DNA from: a virus
Lineage: Duplodnaviria; Caudoviricetes
Virus record (IMG/VR): IMGVR_UViG_3300013026_000023
Coordinates: 1-63,188 of that record
Length of the DNA stretch: 63,188 bases
Direction: 5' to 3' (one strand)
The notes below the pieces were generated by a model that saw only the letters and a program-made list of their open reading frames with translations, did not search any database and was not told the DNA's origin. The position numbers were made by a program, and so were the translations under genes. Numbering within the stretch: the stretch's first letter is position 1; each line of letters starts with the position of its first letter. This document shows positions 9,063 to 18,727 of the stretch, piece by piece.

Positions 9063-9361
9063 TAGCCGTCCACCCCAAAAATGTCAGACACTATCTCTAC
9101 GAAGAAACTGACTGAGCCCTTGCGACCAGTGCTGGATTCAATGTCGTAGCGGATCTTGTACTTCTCCCCAATCGTTCCACCACTGACCAGGATTGAGGCA
9201 ATGTTTGAGCCAAAACCACTATTGCTCAGCTCAATACCAATAGAGGCACTCCATAGATCAGTTGCCCTTGTTTCCGCACCCAGCCACTGGCTGCAATCAA
9301 CCGAGTAAAACTCCCTTGCAGTACTCGCCTGAAGAAATGGGTTGGATGCGTCTCTGATCAT
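9062..9361 (-). CDS. fibre-tail adaptor-like small beta protein
   Basis: YSVDCSQWL..ET....W.....SGGT.G..Y.I...I.SSTGR pattern of phage fibre adaptors. Confidence 0.55.
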   Translation of the reverse strand: MIRDASNPFLQASTAREFYSVDCSQWLGAETRATDLWSASIGIELSNSGFGSNIASILVSGGTIGEKYKIRYDIESSTGRKGSVSFFVEIVSDIFGVDG

Positions 9362-9404
9362 CGGACTTGCTAGGATACGGGTATATCCCTATACTAGGCA
9401 ACTC

Positions 9405-9803
9405 ATGGCAGGCTTTACCATTTATCAAGCAAACACATCCCTGGATGGCCTCCTCGGTAGTGGCACTCCAGCTACGATATACGTAGCCCTATTTACAACC
9501 ACTCCTAGCGATTCAGACCCAGGGGTTGAGGTATCCAGCGTCGATACCGGCTACTCACGGGTAGCGGTAACCAACAACACTACCAATTGGCCCGCTGCCT
9601 CTGCTCGCAGCAAGAAGAACGGCACTGTTATCCTCTTCCCTGTCCCAACCCAAAGCTGGGGAACTGTAAACGGGTTCGCCCTGTTTGATGCAGCAACAGG
9701 CGGCAACCGCCTGGTTGAGGGCAATCTAAGCACGCCAATCACTGTCAGTACTCAACAGAGCTTCGCAGTAGACGCCCTGACGATCTCGATTAACCCAACT
9801 TAA
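9405..9803 (+). CDS. virion fibre subunit (mycobacteriophage gp80-like family)
   Basis: YVALFTTTPSD..G.EVS..GYSRVAV...I.FP..T.SWGTV..FALFDAATGGN; ATG at 9405. Confidence 0.7.
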   Translation: MAGFTIYQANTSLDGLLGSGTPATIYVALFTTTPSDSDPGVEVSSVDTGYSRVAVTNNTTNWPAASARSKKNGTVILFPVPTQSWGTVNGFALFDAATGGNRLVEGNLSTPITVSTQQSFAVDALTISINPT

Positions 9804-12384
9804 TTTGCGTTTCTGCCCTAGCCATAGTCACCCTTTTACTTATCTGAGCTAAGGCTACCTGCGTACCTGGAGCGGGTAGCTTGATTGTCTTACTCTTACC
9901 AGGTGCGATATTGACAATAGCGGTAGCATCTGTGAGACTAGCTGCTCTCGAGACTAACCCCTGGACAAGTAGATCAGCGATCGCCTGAGACCTAGCTATA
10001 GCGCTACCAATCAGGTCATCTTGTAGAGGAACAGTGGTCAATGTGGCAGAGCTGTTAGACCTGGAGACTGGAGCCGATGTGACTCTGCTGATGTTATCGG
10101 CAACAAAGTTATCAACGTGCAGCCCCGTCTCCGCAGTCCCTGCGATGGTGGTACTAAAGAAGAATCGCAACCCTGCTCGATTGCCTGTAAGAACACGGGT
10201 ATCTGCCCTTGCTACTTCCACGTCATCAACAAAGCCGATTGCAGTAGGGCCAACAACCACTAAGCGAAGGCGTGCCGAGGAGAGACTAGCGACAGGGACA
10301 CTCTGCAGGATAGTCAATGCTCCCGCAACCTCCTCAAACAAAGTCCAGGTATTCGAGCCGCTTGAGTAGGCAAAACCCACCATGGTACGCTCAGTGGTAC
10401 TAACCCGAGCAACTGGGCCTGTGGACTGCGCTTCCCCTGTTTGCGACTTCATGATCACATCTACCTGGGTAGAGTAATCATCCCCGCCTAACTCACCACT
10501 AGCCAGGACATACTCTCTACGCGTCTTGGTGGTCACCAGGGTAACGGTGTTCCCTAGTATCTGGGTTCTAGTGCCGCTGGAGTTGTAGGTTGGATGCGAC
10601 CAGGAGGCGCCTGCTTCACCTACGTGGTCAATCAGGAATTTGTCGCTGTCTGTGAAGGTATCGTAGATGACTTCCTTAGGCGGAGTGCTCAGTCTACCCG
10701 TGGCGTTGCTGGTTGAGATTGCCTTGGCTTGTAGGAAGTAGGCTGAAGCATCACTAGTCGAGGCTACACTACCTGCAAGGTCAGCCAGTGCTGGAGCAGG
10801 GCTAAGCTCACCGCTTGCTGTACTAGTAGAGGGAGCAAGTAAGGCAAAGAAGGTAGCCTCTGCGGTGGTAGAGGAGGTAGATCGCCCAAACAGGTCCAGA
10901 CCAAAGGTACTCTTGGCGTTGCTAGCTGAGGCTGTATTGGTGGCTAGATCAGCCAGTGCTGGAGCAGGGCTAAATTGTCCACCCGCAGTACTACTGGCGA
11001 TCGCTGTTGATATTAGGTCCGCCCTTCGCGGAGGGACCTCATCCAGTCTCCCTGTAGCGTCACTAGCGGAGACTGTGGTGGCAGCTAGATCATCGTCGAC
11101 AACAACAGTAAGGGTTGCTGTGGCATTACTACTAGAGGAGGCTTGGGCGGCTAGATCGCCTGCAGCGGCGGAAGGGGCGGTCAGCGTACCACTGGAGTTG
11201 CTGACTGAGACTACACTGGTAGCTAGGACGGCTCTCTGAACCAATGGCGGATCTCCATCTGTGTCCGGCAATCCGTCTTTTCTTTGGATTCGTATGTTTG
11301 AAGTTTTTCCGAGAGTCCCTACGACACCAACCGGAGGACCACCAGTCCCTGCACCAGTCCAAGATATATGGCCGACAGTATTAGAATCAGGTCCGAGAAC
11401 TTCGACGCTTGGAGGGGTTGATCCCCCAGTCCAAGTTTTTCCCTCAGAATTAAAACTTCGTATTGGTCCGGTGGCTTCTCCGCGATAGTAAAGGGTTCCG
11501 CTGCCGTCCGTAGGCCAAGTCTCGGCAACGTCCGCATCTATGATGTAAACCACATTCCCCTGCCCCCCGGTGAAGAGAGGGTCTTCGAAGGGTGGATAGA
11601 ATGTAGCTGTGGCATTACTGGTGGAGATGACCGATACAGCTAGATCATCCTGCGCGGGAGCGGGACTCAGCGTACTTGCAGAGGCACTGGTTGAGGTTGC
11701 AGAGGCGACTAAATCATCTTCTACTGCGCTACCAAGAGTACCACTAGCATTACTACTAGAGGAGGCTTGGGCTGTGATCAGGTTGATATCTTCAGCCAGG
11801 AAGTTGTCCAGGTGAGATCCAGTAGTCGCAGTAGCGGGGTCAGCACCTGAGATAGTCCGGAAGCGTAACCCAGCTTTGCCAGCGTCGGTAATACCCGTAT
11901 AGTCAGCCCTAAGCAGCTCGGCGCCGTTCAGGTAGGCTACGTAGGTGTTGTCTACCGCATGCAGCCTCAGCTTGTAGGTAGTGCCAGCCACTAGAGTAAC
12001 GGAACTGCTGTTTCCTAGAGCTGCGGCTGATCCACTTAATCTTCTAGCTAATTCCCAGGTGCTGCCATTGAACCCGAGTGAGACATGAGTTTCAGCGGTA
12101 GAACTAGCGCGGATGACTATATGTGGCCTCTGATCAGTAGTGACCGTCTTGGGCACAAAGTCGACTTCAACAGCGTAGTTGGCAGAAGCGGGAGACCCAG
12201 AGGGGAGGGCGTACTCAGTCCTAGCCCCGCTATTGGTCATTGCTACCGAGTTGCCCAGTACGGTTGAGAATGGGCCTCCTGTAGCTGAATAGGAGGGATG
12301 AGTCCATGTAGCGCCTATCTCGCCTACGTGGTCTCTTAGTAAGGTGCCGTCAGTGTCGGTTAGGGAATCTTGTACGAAGGGCAT
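9790..12384 (-). CDS. 864-aa Ser/Ala/Thr-rich virion fibre with two lectin-like domains and internal DLA..S.SNA repeats
   Basis: Two copies of D..TD.D..L.DHVGE.GA.W.HP.Y...AGLRF...TG.H.DNF.A; many ~22-aa stalk repeats. Confidence 0.6.
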   Translation of the reverse strand: MPFVQDSLTDTDGTLLRDHVGEIGATWTHPSYSATGGPFSTVLGNSVAMTNSGARTEYALPSGSPASANYAVEVDFVPKTVTTDQRPHIVIRASSTAETHVSLGFNGSTWELARRLSGSAAALGNSSSVTLVAGTTYKLRLHAVDNTYVAYLNGAELLRADYTGITDAGKAGLRFRTISGADPATATTGSHLDNFLAEDINLITAQASSSSNASGTLGSAVEDDLVASATSTSASASTLSPAPAQDDLAVSVISTSNATATFYPPFEDPLFTGGQGNVVYIIDADVAETWPTDGSGTLYYRGEATGPIRSFNSEGKTWTGGSTPPSVEVLGPDSNTVGHISWTGAGTGGPPVGVVGTLGKTSNIRIQRKDGLPDTDGDPPLVQRAVLATSVVSVSNSSGTLTAPSAAAGDLAAQASSSSNATATLTVVVDDDLAATTVSASDATGRLDEVPPRRADLISTAIASSTAGGQFSPAPALADLATNTASASNAKSTFGLDLFGRSTSSTTAEATFFALLAPSTSTASGELSPAPALADLAGSVASTSDASAYFLQAKAISTSNATGRLSTPPKEVIYDTFTDSDKFLIDHVGEAGASWSHPTYNSSGTRTQILGNTVTLVTTKTRREYVLASGELGGDDYSTQVDVIMKSQTGEAQSTGPVARVSTTERTMVGFAYSSGSNTWTLFEEVAGALTILQSVPVASLSSARLRLVVVGPTAIGFVDDVEVARADTRVLTGNRAGLRFFFSTTIAGTAETGLHVDNFVADNISRVTSAPVSRSNSSATLTTVPLQDDLIGSAIARSQAIADLLVQGLVSRAASLTDATAIVNIAPGKSKTIKLPAPGTQVALAQISKRVTMARAETQIKLG

Positions 12385-12589
12385 TCGCTATACCGCAGTT
12401 CTCTGTTCAGCCTAGCTTAAGTCTCTGTACAGTACGGTGCACTTGCAGGGGTGACATTCTAACGTAAGGGGGGTGAGAAGCGGCTGCGCCTAGCTTCTGG
12501 GCTGTTATCCTACGCTTGGCAGGCGATCGCTCAAGTCTCTGTACAGTACGCTGCACTTGCAATTGGCGCGGCATTCGCAGTTCTCTGTT
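12380..12589. repeat. Intergenic pieces duplicated from the 3' end of the MuF-like gene (12419-12447 / 12533-12561, plus shorter fragments)
   Basis: AAGTCTCTGTACAGTACG[G/C]TGCACTTGCA twice; CGCAGTTCTCTGTT and GGCATTCGC are also repeated. Confidence 0.85.
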
Positions 12590-13185
12590 GGCAGCGGTAC
12601 CGCTCCAATGGCCACCCAACCCATGGCCTCATACCGCAAGCAGTCGGGACAATGTTCAGCTATGCCAAGCCTTCTGCGCATCTGGTTGGCGCCATTGCCT
12701 ATGTGGCTGAGCTGCCTGCCATACTCGTACGCCACTCGACTCTTGTCGCTGTACATCTTGATTCTGGCCTTAAACTGCGCCTCAGTTACCTTGCCATCCA
12801 GGATGTCCTGTGCAAAGCCCTTTAAGTATCTGTACTCGCCCCTCAGCATGCGAGCAACAGCCAAGTAATCTTCCGATTGCGCAGCCTTAAGACCGCCTCT
12901 GCCTATCCAGAACTGTTGGACATACAAATCTCTCAGGGTTACAGCACTAGCCTTCTGCCAAGCCTTGAGGTCTAGCTTCTGGGTTACTAGCATGTTAGCT
13001 AGGGTTGTTAGATCCTGCTTCCCTGCCTCTATCCTTCCCCGAACAAGGCTATTCACTGCCTGCTGGCTAACAAACCTGCGGGTATCCTTCCATCTATAGC
13101 GCTGTGCCTTAGAGTCCCATAGAAAGTCTCTGGCTGCATCTAGGGTTAGCTCAGCCTGGTTAAAGTGTGCAAAAGTAAGATCCAT
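12505..13185 (-). CDS. MuF-like head morphogenesis / minor capsid protein
   Basis: WD....RYR.KDT.RFVS; EYRYLKGFA.DI..G; C-terminal AEHCPDC...GW..IG.P.P..NCECRANCKC; ATG 13185 coupled to the upstream stop. Confidence 0.7.
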   Translation of the reverse strand: MDLTFAHFNQAELTLDAARDFLWDSKAQRYRWKDTRRFVSQQAVNSLVRGRIEAGKQDLTTLANMLVTQKLDLKAWQKASAVTLRDLYVQQFWIGRGGLKAAQSEDYLAVARMLRGEYRYLKGFAQDILDGKVTEAQFKARIKMYSDKSRVAYEYGRQLSHIGNGANQMRRRLGIAEHCPDCLRYEAMGWVAIGAVPLPTENCECRANCKCSVLYRDLSDRLPSVG

Positions 13186-14369
13186 CAGGTCCCCTGTTTC
13201 TTGGGTCCAGACTTTGGAGAGAAAATGCATTTAGGCGCGTTTGACGATCCGTAGGGCATGCCAGTATTCTTGTCAACTGTACTAGCTGGTATACCTACGC
13301 TTTTGTCAACACCTTGACCCTTGAGGGGTTTCTGCCTAGTGGGCAATCCCTGGTCGTCCAGTCTCCAGAAGCTGGCCATGTCTAGGGCGGCATCGCCGGT
13401 GAAGAAGTACAGGTTGGTGTGGGACCTCCAGACCCTGCCTCCGCACTCAAAGTATCGCTTGTGCTCGGCTGCTTCCTCAGGGGAGGGTGGCCATACTTGC
13501 ATGATTTCTTGCAGTGTTCTGAAGGCTGCGACGCCCTCATCCTCCTGCCAGACTGCTAGCTGCCTCTTCTTGATGATTGGCAACGGGGTTTTACCCTCAG
13601 CCTGCAGCTTCTTGTTGCGCCTTGAGCGAACAGCATTGGACAACCTGCGTCTTACGGTTGAGACGCTTCTCCCTAGGATTTGAGCACCTGTTTCCTGGGA
13701 GCCACCGAACAACATGAAGTCCTGAGTAACAAAAGCGCAGCGCTTGCCGACCCATTTTACCTCGCTCCCTGGGAGTCTCCGAAGAGGCAGATAAAAGATG
13801 TCCTCAAGTTTATTGAGCTTTGCGTTACCGCCGCGAACTTCCCGCCGTTCCCTCACAGCAAGAAAGCGAGAACGCTCTTGCAGTGCTTCCTGGGTGGCAC
13901 AGGTGGCCGTGTATTTTAAGTGGATGATCTGATCCAGGGTACAACGCACCCTAGCGCCAGTCTCCTCTATACCAAGCTTCTTGGCTACCTTTGCAGGCGA
14001 TACCAAGAACACGACAGCTTGGCCGTAACTGTGCTGTACCTTCCGGAAAACCCCAACTTCGATTCCCACATCCAGCCATCTCCTGACGGTGGACGTTGAA
14101 ACCTCTAGAAGCTTGGCAGCCTCCTTGATGGCAAGCACGCATCTTCCGCTTCCCCAATGATTCAATAGCTTGCAAAAATAGTAGAGCCGCCCGACTGAAG
14201 GCAGGGCGTCTGCTAGATTTGCTTGCACCAGTACTCGCTTGCCAGCCAGAGCAGAGCGCTCTTCGAGCGGTGTCTCAACTACGCGTGGAGTGCCTTTTAG
14301 AATCGGTGGGGGTAGCATACTTGGATCTGTTTTGTCTTGCTTTGCAAGGGCATCAAGGGTCTCATACAA
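13185..14369 (-). CDS. Protein with two HTH motifs (regulator or replication-initiator-like)
   Basis: IKEAAKLLEVSTSTVRRWL and SQETGAQILGRSVSTVRRRL; start uncertain (TTG 14369 or ATG 14318). Confidence 0.55.
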   Translation of the reverse strand: MYETLDALAKQDKTDPSMLPPPILKGTPRVVETPLEERSALAGKRVLVQANLADALPSVGRLYYFCKLLNHWGSGRCVLAIKEAAKLLEVSTSTVRRWLDVGIEVGVFRKVQHSYGQAVVFLVSPAKVAKKLGIEETGARVRCTLDQIIHLKYTATCATQEALQERSRFLAVRERREVRGGNAKLNKLEDIFYLPLRRLPGSEVKWVGKRCAFVTQDFMLFGGSQETGAQILGRSVSTVRRRLSNAVRSRRNKKLQAEGKTPLPIIKKRQLAVWQEDEGVAAFRTLQEIMQVWPPSPEEAAEHKRYFECGGRVWRSHTNLYFFTGDAALDMASFWRLDDQGLPTRQKPLKGQGVDKSVGIPASTVDKNTGMPYGSSNAPKCIFSPKSGPKKQGT

Positions 14370-14575
14370 TCAGACAGGCTTTATGCGAACCACTGCAAAG
14401 ACATGAGAGTTGCTTCTTGCTGTACTTGGCCTTCCCCAGACTTACAGAACCTAATCCTGCTGGCGGTTAAGGAGGGTCTCTCTTTGGCCGTTGAGCCTTG
14501 TCTAGCTCGAAGCGGTTATTGCAAGGGCATCAAGGGTCTCATACAATCAGACAGGCTTTATGCGAACCACTGCAA
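14342..14575. repeat. 57-bp perfect direct repeat (14342-14398 / 14519-14575)
   Basis: TTGCAAGGGCATCAAGGGTCTCATACAATCAGACAGGCTTTATGCGAACCACTGCAA twice. Confidence 0.95.
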
Positions 14576-14597
14576 CAAATTAATTGTACCAGAAGAG

Positions 14598-17500
14598 CTA
14601 CTCCGCGTAAAGTAGGTCTGCCCAAAACTCAGTGGGCTTTGAGTAGGCCAAGACGATAGCGTCTCCCAGGTTGGGGCTCCTGTGCAACCTAGCCTTGGTT
14701 TTCTTCTTGTCCTCTATGCGAGTCTTCTCGTTAGATGTCTCCTCATAGTAGGTGCCAGCTAAGTCCCTCATGGCCACTTCCTCGTAGTCCCCTAGTGGAG
14801 CAATGGCGACTTGGTCGTCTACCTGCATGGCCTGCCTTACCCTCCAATACTGCATTGCCTTGAGATTGAGGAACACCGGGTCATCAGGCTGTAGATCTTC
14901 TGCCCTTACCGCACTTCCCCAGGCAATACCATAAGCCTGGACGTCCTCCTCCATTAATATAGATAAGGTTCCGGCTCCGACCCCTACCCTATCTACGTTG
15001 ATAGTCCCTGGAGCTATCCTCAGCCTCTCCTTGGCGATCGCTGCAGCTCTAGAGACATCCAATCTATCCCCCCTGGTTGGATATTCCCTCGCAAAATAGA
15101 GCACTGGCCCTTTCCAGGAGGCTAGGGCGTGGGGGTCTCCTCCATCTCCTACGTCCAGCCCATGCCGCCAAGTCCCCTTATCGGCCAAGGTATCCCAATA
15201 CTCAGGGTCGCTATCATACCTCTCTCTAGCAGCCTTAAACCAACTGCGGGGAACAATACTCCCCTCGGCGTCGGTGGGAAACTCCCCTTCTACGCGCCCC
15301 TGCCAGAAGGTAGAACCTTCCCCTTTATCCCTGCGGACGTCCTCTATCCACTGAATAGAAACAGCCCCTGGAATGACATCCCTAGGGCACCAGTCTGGCC
15401 ATAGCTCCTGTGGTAGTATCTCCCCATCCCTGCCTCGGATCGCTGCATCTACTTCTGGCCTGAGGCGGTGATAGCCAGTGTGGTCATCCTTATAGTATGC
15501 CCAGCCAACATTGGGATGCCCCCAGACCGGGATAGCGATTGACCTACGCAAGCAGGCGATTTCAAATGGTGTGCCTCCTGCAGTGGGGTTGCCAATCCTA
15601 ACCAGCCTGTTTTGCGATCCAGTAGCGCAGGCCCTAGCTCCATCATCAATGGTTTCGGTAATACCGTTTGCCTCGTCCAGGATAAGCAGCATTTTAACTC
15701 CATGCTTGCCCTGAAATGAGTCAGTGCTGTAGTCACGAGCGGTAAAGCCATAGGCCCTAGCATGCTCATTCAGCTTCAGAAATAGTTCACCACGCTTGCC
15801 GCCTAGTTTGGTGTGATGAGCATCCCACAGCTTGCGAATCTCCGACCAGAGGATCTCTTTTACCTGCGCCTCTGTAGGGGCGGTGGTTATCGCCAGCCCT
15901 CCTATGGCAAAGACATGCCATAGGACTGCGCAGGAAACTACGTAAGAATTATGTTCCCAGAACGTAGTCAAGTAATGGTGATGCCCTGGAACCTCGATCG
16001 CGACCGTTTGATCCTCCCCAATATATTCAATTGATTTAACTGCTTCCCATCGCAAATTGGCTGGAATATCCCGCTCTCGCCACCTCTGCACCCGTCGATC
16101 TTGGCTCATTCGCTGCGCTTCACTCAGAACGGCTGAAACCTGCCGCTCCTTGCCATAGATGCCAATTTCTTCACAGAAGCGAATTGCGTCCGATGATGCT
16201 CCAATTCTGACGGTGTAGGAATTCGTCTTTGGTTTGGGGTTGATCCAAGCATTAATTCCAAAACGAAGCAACAGTTCCTGGACATCCAGGCAAAGCTGAT
16301 GGGATACAGAGGCGAAGCCAATCTCAACACCTCGCCCCTTGCATACTGTGGCCCATCCATCGGTTGAGTAAAGTCGAGAGAGGAATATGGCTACTTGTTT
16401 CTTTGACAGTCCGAATATTGCACCAGGGATAAACTTGTCACGCGAATGCTTAAACCGCATTCCATGTTCAGTAAGTAATCTGGCAACTGCGTTGGACCTA
16501 GGGACATAGGGGTAAGGTTGACGAGCTGCCACAAGTGGAGCGAGACGCAGCTCCAGTGCTTGCTGCAATTCCTCCTGACTGACAGGGGTCGGGCTGATCT
16601 GTGACTCCAATAGCTGCAAAGCCTGACGCATGTTCCCTCGTCCCTGCCCGATCACTGTTTGCTGAATGCAGGCATCAAGGGTTTCTAGATGAACGAGTTC
16701 ACTGGCACTGATATAAGAGCGGCCATAGAACTTAACGGGCTGAATCTCCAGTGCACTCAGTCTGCCATAAAACGCGGACAGCTTTACTGGCGATCGCTTT
16801 AGCGCCTGAGCAGTTGAAATAAAAGTTTTGCAGCTCAGGTCAACTGGAGCCTTGCTTTTTGGTGGCTTTTGAAACCCTGGAGACTTGGATTGACTCGACT
16901 TCACCAACCGCCAGCCATATTTTCCTGCTGGCTTAAAGTCACATCCAGCCAATGTTGCACAATCCTGAAACTCTTGTAGTTGTGCCCCATCCTGTTGAGT
17001 AAAAACAACATTGTTAGCGGTGTAGCCACCATCACCGATTAAATAAGCCAGCAGTTTCACCTCATGGTCAGGCAACTCATTTGTTCCAAATACGGGTAGG
17101 TTTGCCGTAACTGCCACCATCTGACCTGGTGAGATCTGCTGTGTCTGCACCCAACCTAAGCTCTCAATCTTAGGATGTGCCCCAGATCTGGATACCTTGT
17201 TTGCAACCCATAGAGGATGCTGTGCATTGCACTCGATCTGTCTGCCCGACTCAGTCGTAATTTGATAGATTGACTCAAGCTTATTCCAGGCTGCTTTGGC
17301 ACTAACGGCATGGATGGTTCCATCCATAATCGTCGGCAGTTGAAATTCCTTACCTACCAGAGAACCAGCAGGACAGCGCAAACCGCTTGATAGGGTGATC
17401 ATACGGTTAGCTCTAACGCACTTCCCCACTCCATGGGACGCGCGGACATTGGTGACGCTGTTATCCCGAATGGATTCTAGAATCGCCTCCTGCTCCTTGG

Positions 17501-17690
17501 TCAACAGAGGGACTTCCAGGACATCCCTAACAAACCCGATTGGATCGCTCTCGTAGTGGCTAAACGGCGGAGTCCAGGTCTCCGGCTCCTCGACTAGGCT
17601 CTGCGCTAGATGGAGAACCAAGGATTCGAACAAGCTCGTTGGAGACTGCTGTAAGAGCCTTGCGATCTGTGACGTGTCTTTTGATTGCAT
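14598..17690 (-). CDS. terL: Terminase large subunit containing an intein
   Basis: Walker A ASHGVGK|S, Walker B LILDEA, IGNP, nuclease GLDVG and SPNLGDA; exact start uncertain. Confidence 0.92.
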   Translation of the reverse strand: MQSKDTSQIARLLQQSPTSLFESLVLHLAQSLVEEPETWTPPFSHYESDPIGFVRDVLEVPLLTKEQEAILESIRDNSVTNVRASHGVGKCVRANRMITLSSGLRCPAGSLVGKEFQLPTIMDGTIHAVSAKAAWNKLESIYQITTESGRQIECNAQHPLWVANKVSRSGAHPKIESLGWVQTQQISPGQMVAVTANLPVFGTNELPDHEVKLLAYLIGDGGYTANNVVFTQQDGAQLQEFQDCATLAGCDFKPAGKYGWRLVKSSQSKSPGFQKPPKSKAPVDLSCKTFISTAQALKRSPVKLSAFYGRLSALEIQPVKFYGRSYISASELVHLETLDACIQQTVIGQGRGNMRQALQLLESQISPTPVSQEELQQALELRLAPLVAARQPYPYVPRSNAVARLLTEHGMRFKHSRDKFIPGAIFGLSKKQVAIFLSRLYSTDGWATVCKGRGVEIGFASVSHQLCLDVQELLLRFGINAWINPKPKTNSYTVRIGASSDAIRFCEEIGIYGKERQVSAVLSEAQRMSQDRRVQRWRERDIPANLRWEAVKSIEYIGEDQTVAIEVPGHHHYLTTFWEHNSYVVSCAVLWHVFAIGGLAITTAPTEAQVKEILWSEIRKLWDAHHTKLGGKRGELFLKLNEHARAYGFTARDYSTDSFQGKHGVKMLLILDEANGITETIDDGARACATGSQNRLVRIGNPTAGGTPFEIACLRRSIAIPVWGHPNVGWAYYKDDHTGYHRLRPEVDAAIRGRDGEILPQELWPDWCPRDVIPGAVSIQWIEDVRRDKGEGSTFWQGRVEGEFPTDAEGSIVPRSWFKAARERYDSDPEYWDTLADKGTWRHGLDVGDGGDPHALASWKGPVLYFAREYPTRGDRLDVSRAAAIAKERLRIAPGTINVDRVGVGAGTLSILMEEDVQAYGIAWGSAVRAEDLQPDDPVFLNLKAMQYWRVRQAMQVDDQVAIAPLGDYEEVAMRDLAGTYYEETSNEKTRIEDKKKTKARLHRSPNLGDAIVLAYSKPTEFWADLLYAE
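15948..17420 (-). mobile_element. 491-aa intein with LAGLIDADG homing endonuclease in the TerL Walker A motif
   Basis: Begins CVRAN after GVGK and ends WEHN before Ser; block B ECNAQHPL; LAYLIGDG and FLSRLYSTDG motifs. Confidence 0.92.
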
Positions 17691-18234
17691 CGAGTAGGGC
17701 TGTGACCAGGACAATAGCCTTCTCTTGGGATATGAACTGCTGCATCTCGACCAGCCTCTTGCGCTCTGATTCAACTAAGCGGCGGCGCTGATCCATCTGC
17801 CTGTTAATCTCATCCCAGACTGAGTAGTCCTGTTGGGCTTCCTTTATTGTCTCACCTAGCTCACCAATTAGCTGCTGGACAAGTACGCGGTCGCTTCCCG
17901 CCGCCCTGACATCCTTGATCAGCTTAGAGGCTTGAGTCCAGTGATCCTTAGCCTCACCTGTGTCCACTCGCTTCAATAGCTCAGCTAGCCTAGCATCCAC
18001 TAGGGATATCTCAGCACTGAGATTGAGCAGCTCTGGGTCGCTTTGGGACTCGTGATAGCGCTCCAATAGGCGAGTAGGCAGATACTTGGAGTAGCGGCCG
18101 TGCTTGAAGCTTGGGTTGGCCGAACCGACTGGTGTCTTACCCCCATGCAGCATACACCTATTCTTGCCAGGAAGTGGAGGCTTCTTGCAAGTTCCCCCAC
18201 TCCTAGTCTTAGCTCCGCACACTCTCTTTTTCAT
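17560..18234 (-). CDS. terS: Terminase small subunit (HGGxSTG-type Zn domain)
   Basis: CGAKTRSGGTC..P...KNRC.LHGG and FKHGRYS; directly upstream of terL. Confidence 0.8.
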   Translation of the reverse strand: MKKRVCGAKTRSGGTCKKPPLPGKNRCMLHGGKTPVGSANPSFKHGRYSKYLPTRLLERYHESQSDPELLNLSAEISLVDARLAELLKRVDTGEAKDHWTQASKLIKDVRAAGSDRVLVQQLIGELGETIKEAQQDYSVWDEINRQMDQRRRLVESERKRLVEMQQFISQEKAIVLVTALLDAIKRHVTDRKALTAVSNELVRILGSPSSAEPSRGAGDLDSAV

Positions 18235-18421
18235 GGGGTCTTAGCGAATCTTAGCCGTAGCGAGTGACATACCCGACGCTCACCTTTGCTGGTAGAGCGC
18301 GGGGCTTGCAGGCTGAGCCTAAAGATCAGCACTTTCATGACAATGAACCATCAAAGCAAGCAGGACAAACAGAAAGATATACGGTGCCGCATGCAGAAAC
18401 AAAATGGCCACCACGCCCCAC

Positions 18422-18649
18422 TCAAGGCCCATTGAGCAAGTCTCCCGCTGTGACGCCTAAAATAATCGCTATCTTAGCTAGCTCTATCGCATCAATCTTG
18501 CGCAGTCCTGACTCTCGCCGCGAATAGCCAGCTCTATCCAGGTAAAGGGCTGAGGCCATGTGTTTTTGGCTAAGCCCCCTCATGAGCCTGATCTCCTTAA
18601 TTCGCTGGGCTAGCTTCTTTTGGTCAAGGTTGTAAACAGGATCTGACAT
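18422..18649 (-). CDS. XRE-family HTH repressor
   Basis: RIKEIRLMRGLSQKHMA..L.LDR..YSRRESG.R.I. Confidence 0.85.
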   Translation of the reverse strand: MSDPVYNLDQKKLAQRIKEIRLMRGLSQKHMASALYLDRAGYSRRESGLRKIDAIELAKIAIILGVTAGDLLNGP

Positions 18650-18727
18650 TGCGGATATAACAACTATCTCATTAAGTCTAGCGCAACGTTCCTAGCATTA
18701 GACTATACGGTCTCATCATGGGTCTCA

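Noticed and set aside
12419-14575. Repeat pairs as DGR template/variable repeats
   Set aside because: No reverse transcriptase in the window, and the differences are not adenine-specific (one G/C change, or none).
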